A stretch of DNA of 54,679 bases from a virus (taxonomy: Duplodnaviria; Caudoviricetes), in the IMG/VR virus record IMGVR_UViG_3300030329_003092, positions 1 through 54,679 of that record; one strand, 5' to 3'. Positions 52,624 to 54,679 of this stretch are shown in pieces. The translations under genes and the position numbers were made by a program. Within the stretch, counting starts at the first letter, position 1, and the number at the start of each line of letters is the position of its first letter. The notes beneath the pieces were generated by a model. The model was not told where the DNA came from, did no database searches, and saw only the letters and a list, made by a program, of their open reading frames with translations.

Positions 52624-53805
52624 TCATATTTTCAACTCCTTAAGTTCTCCATAGTTTTTTCCAGCAGATAGATTAACCTTAAATTTACCTAGGTCTGTAT
52701 CACCAAAAACTCTTTTAATTTCTGGTATAATATATCTATCTTCGTGATGTAAATCTATCACCAAGCTGTCGTGAATACAGAATGCAATATTCGATTTAGT
52801 ATTTTTCAAAAGTTTATTAATCTCTACCACTCTCTTTAAAAATAAATCACTGGTTGTACTCTGAATTATATAGTTCACCGCATGGTGGTCGTCTGCCTCT
52901 ATCTCTCTTCCAAACACTGTCTTAATCTTATTACCGTCCCAGTACTTATCCTTCACAAAGTCCCTGTCGTAATGCTGGTTGGCAACTGATCTTGCCTCTG
53001 GATTGTAGAGCCAAGCGAAGATGCTCTTCTTTGCCTCCTCCCTGGTTGTACCTTTAAAAAGATTCTCCATGTTCCATTCATGAATATCTTGTTCTGGTTG
53101 TTCTTTCTCACTCAAAGCAAGCAACGTTCTAAGCTCTGCTGAGTTGAAGTCTAACTCTAGGAACCAATCATTGGTTGGTTCTATAACCTTTCTGTATTCT
53201 TTCGCCATTGTCAGGATGGGAAAGCTATTCTTCTTTGTGGTTAGTCGACCGGTCTTGGTGCCAAACAGATTATAGTCAATATAAGGGTTTGACCTAGAAA
53301 GCTTCTCTTTCCAGTTTCTGGTCTTAAACTGATACAACTTGCTCTTGATATTGTCAAAGTTGACCTTTAGCTTGCGAGCCCTAATCTCTGAAAGAATTTT
53401 CTCAACAGCCAAAAGAAAGCTGTAATTTGAAGGGCGCTCATAATTCTCAAGAACGTGTTTAGTAATTTTAGTCTTAATCTCACAATAGTCTCGTAGAAAA
53501 TTTTCCGGGACAAGATCGTAAAAACAGTTTTCATTTAAATCTACCTTTGCTTCTGTTAATGCTCTATAAAATGATTTCAACCTATCAAACGCTTCTAGCC
53601 ACTCGTCTTCAAGGGAGGGGGGACACACCTCCGTCAAGCCCTTTCCAAGACAATACAAAGATGCATACTCAATATCCTTGTCCTCCAGAAAATTAGCGTA
53701 ACCCCAGGTTTTCGTTAGGTTCTCTGGTATGTTTGAATACTGTAATTGTCCGTCGATATAAACACCGACGCACTCGTTCTTTATATCAAGTGCTTGAAAA
53801 TACAA
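52624..53805 (-). CDS. family A DNA polymerase domain protein (compact PolA-like)
   Basis: TKTGRL, motif A DFNSAELR, motif B REEAK...FAWLY, NYIIQST, motif C IHDSL. Confidence 0.85.
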   Translation of the reverse strand: MYFQALDIKNECVGVYIDGQLQYSNIPENLTKTWGYANFLEDKDIEYASLYCLGKGLTEVCPPSLEDEWLEAFDRLKSFYRALTEAKVDLNENCFYDLVPENFLRDYCEIKTKITKHVLENYERPSNYSFLLAVEKILSEIRARKLKVNFDNIKSKLYQFKTRNWKEKLSRSNPYIDYNLFGTKTGRLTTKKNSFPILTMAKEYRKVIEPTNDWFLELDFNSAELRTLLALSEKEQPEQDIHEWNMENLFKGTTREEAKKSIFAWLYNPEARSVANQHYDRDFVKDKYWDGNKIKTVFGREIEADDHHAVNYIIQSTTSDLFLKRVVEINKLLKNTKSNIAFCIHDSLVIDLHHEDRYIIPEIKRVFGDTDLGKFKVNLSAGKNYGELKELKI

Positions 53806-53819
53806 TGTCTAGATGAATA

Positions 53820-54590
53820 TTAGTAACCGCTACTGCCTGCACCAGAACCTCCGGATGGAGTTCCGCCAACAGTTGGGATAGTTGTGTCTTGAATGATTGT
53901 AACATTAGATGGTACTTGTCTTTGCTTTTGTTCTTCCTCTTTACAGAATGTAAAAGACTGGCAATAAGAAGGATTGGTTACTGTTCCTTTTATTTTCTTG
54001 AAATAATCATTAATAAAGTCTACAGTTTTACTTCTACCAGTACTATCATAATATTTTAAAATCGTTTTGTCAAGTCTTTTATTTTTTGTTTCTGACATTG
54101 CAATATTATTTTCATACTTGAGCACATTCTTATAGGCTACAACAAAGAACCTATCCGTCATTATATCAGATTGGTTAAAATAGTTCAACACTAATTTTGA
54201 ATCTTCAGGCAAAGGTTTTCTTTTTTCGAAAACTTTCTTGTATCTATTAAACTTTTTTGCGCCGTTGGTTTTAAAATCAGAGTCTCTGCCGGGAGAGGAG
54301 CATTGAACCGTTTCGATTTGATATGGGTTGTCCTCTACAAATTGATTCCACATTTTAGCAATATTAATTTTCATCTCGTCGATATCATTCAAGTAGCTCT
54401 TCAGATAATATGGTGCTAGCTCGGAACCGTCGACGTCGGGATTCCTTTTAGAAAACAAATTCGTTGCTGTGCCAGGGGCAAAATACAGACCATAAGTCTT
54501 TGGATTCACTGGGTTTCCATTTTCATCAAGAAACTCTGCTGTTGGAGACATATAATTTTGCATTGGGATTGAAGATATATCTGCGATCAA
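53820..54590 (-). CDS. hypothetical protein (may start upstream of the window)
   Basis: Open frame of at least 256 aa with a G/S-rich tail. Confidence 0.6.
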   Translation of the reverse strand: MIADISSIPMQNYMSPTAEFLDENGNPVNPKTYGLYFAPGTATNLFSKRNPDVDGSELAPYYLKSYLNDIDEMKINIAKMWNQFVEDNPYQIETVQCSSPGRDSDFKTNGAKKFNRYKKVFEKRKPLPEDSKLVLNYFNQSDIMTDRFFVVAYKNVLKYENNIAMSETKNKRLDKTILKYYDSTGRSKTVDFINDYFKKIKGTVTNPSYCQSFTFCKEEEQKQRQVPSNVTIIQDTTIPTVGGTPSGGSGAGSSGY

Positions 54591-54679
54591 TCTCCATGGA
54601 GCATGCTTTGCAATAAAGAATCCATGCTTCCGAGCGCCGAGATGATAGAATTCAAAAGTCTTGTCCTCGGTGCACTCTT

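Noticed and set aside
1-54679. Stop-codon reassignment, as in some large phages
   Set aside because: Conserved genes are full length in the standard code, and TAA, TAG and TGA all end genes at sensible positions.

Overview
This 54.7-kb window looks like part of a large (jumbo/huge-type) dsDNA bacteriophage genome. Every gene I can support is on the minus strand and tightly packed; the plus-strand ORFs look like shadows. In transcription order (right to left) there are four blocks. (i) A replication/recombination and nucleotide-metabolism block: PolA-like polymerase domain, tubulin/PhuZ-like protein, gp32-like SSB, RecA/UvsX, 5'-3' exonuclease, gp41-like helicase, class II RNR, DnaE, dUTPase and IMPDH/GMPR, plus a rare tRNA-Ile(UAU). 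(ii) A mixed block with proteostasis genes (GroES, GroEL, ClpP, ClpX), cell-wall enzymes and probable virion proteins, several behind a -35-less CTAnTTA motif. (iii) A four-gene restriction-modification island: CATG-type MTase, putative endonuclease, Dam-type MTase and a DUF262-HNH protein. (iv) An early-type accessory region with repeated near-identical sigma70 promoter modules, a MoxR-AAA/vWA pair and most members of a family of about 17 small paralogous 'MKVGDLV' (KOW/SH3-like) genes, many joined by an interlocking start/stop DNA motif. The most promising leads are that paralog array, a possible phage-encoded Clp adaptor toolkit (small proteins with IGF- and SspB-like tails alongside ClpX and ClpP), the R-M island, a stand-alone sigma region-4 protein and the UAU tRNA. 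All assignments come from recognising motifs by eye; no searches were run.
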